Below are positions 63,326 through 64,000 of a DNA stretch of 64,000 bases, piece by piece (the first letter of the stretch is position 1; the number at the start of each line of letters is the position of its first letter). The stretch lies in NCBI GenBank assembly GCA_002633005.1, contig NMRA01000019.1:1069088-1133087 (forward strand). The letters run 5' to 3'. The notes under the pieces were generated by a model. That model saw only the letters and a list, made by a program, of their open reading frames with translations. It searched no databases and was not told where the DNA came from. Origin of the DNA: Phoronis australis. Its lineage: Eukaryota > Animalia > Phoronida. The position numbers and the translations under genes were made by a program.

Positions 63326-64000
63326 TAGGTGTTTTGGGACTTCTTGCCAGCTAAACAAGAAATCAGAATGTACAAACATTTGGAAATCACAGATTGATTG
63401 TTACTCGTAAACAACAAGATTAATTTGTTCTGAACCTCGGTTCTCTCAACTATTTCTGTCGCTATCCCGAGTCATTCGAAGTCGACGTATCCGTGTACTT
63501 GTCTATAGACTGTATTACATAATATACAAGCTACTGCCTCGTGAGTTGTGTTCAATTTTAAACCTGCAATCGAGTCTTAGTGATTGATGAATTCGTCGAG
63601 CTTGGTTGTAAACGTTTCCTCTTCTGGGAGATTATGTACAACTCGGAAGTGCACGATATCAGTTGCTTACGAAAAATAAGTTTCCTGCGTGACATTGTGA
63701 TGTTCAATTTCCAGGCCCTGGGACTGCATGGGTTTGCAATTATAGAGCACTGGACCTAGTGCATGGGGTAGAAACGATTCCTTGGCTGCATCTCTAAATT
63801 ATATTGGCGGATCGAGGATACCATAAGGGGTGGGCAACATTTTGTGTTGGGCAAGTGTGGTTTACGATTGAATGCGAGGACCCAGCCCGAAAAATTAGGT
63901 TGCTCGAATTTCTGGTCCTCGCACTACAAAGCTAACAGTGGACTAAAAAACAAAAACATAAAAAGGCATTTACGCAGGTCCTCTGATATGATCGGGTCTG

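Overview
This is an intron-rich, AT-rich eukaryotic window, most likely from an invertebrate bilaterian; the species cannot be determined. Four spliced genes were reconstructed by hand from GT-AG boundaries and codon phase. (1) The 3' part of a BOD1L1-like gene (+, 8 exons in the window, with an RS-dipeptide exon). (2) A complete 12-exon Suppressor of fused gene, SUFU (-, 462 aa), largely missed by the ORF track because its exons are short. (3) A 10-exon Arp1/alpha-centractin gene, ACTR1A (+, 376 aa), head-to-head with SUFU across about 570 bp. (4) Glucosidase I, MOGS (-, 841 aa). The introns hold MITEs and non-autonomous DNA transposons, a LINE 3' fragment and minisatellites. The most notable observations are four perfect GLI sites (GACCACCCA) across the SUFU locus including its promoter, a co-oriented array of CTCF-consensus-like motifs in SUFU intron 7, a 71-bp tandem repeat that multiplies the ACTR1A exon-7 splice acceptor into stop-containing decoys, and the SUFU-ACTR1A divergent pair also known from human.
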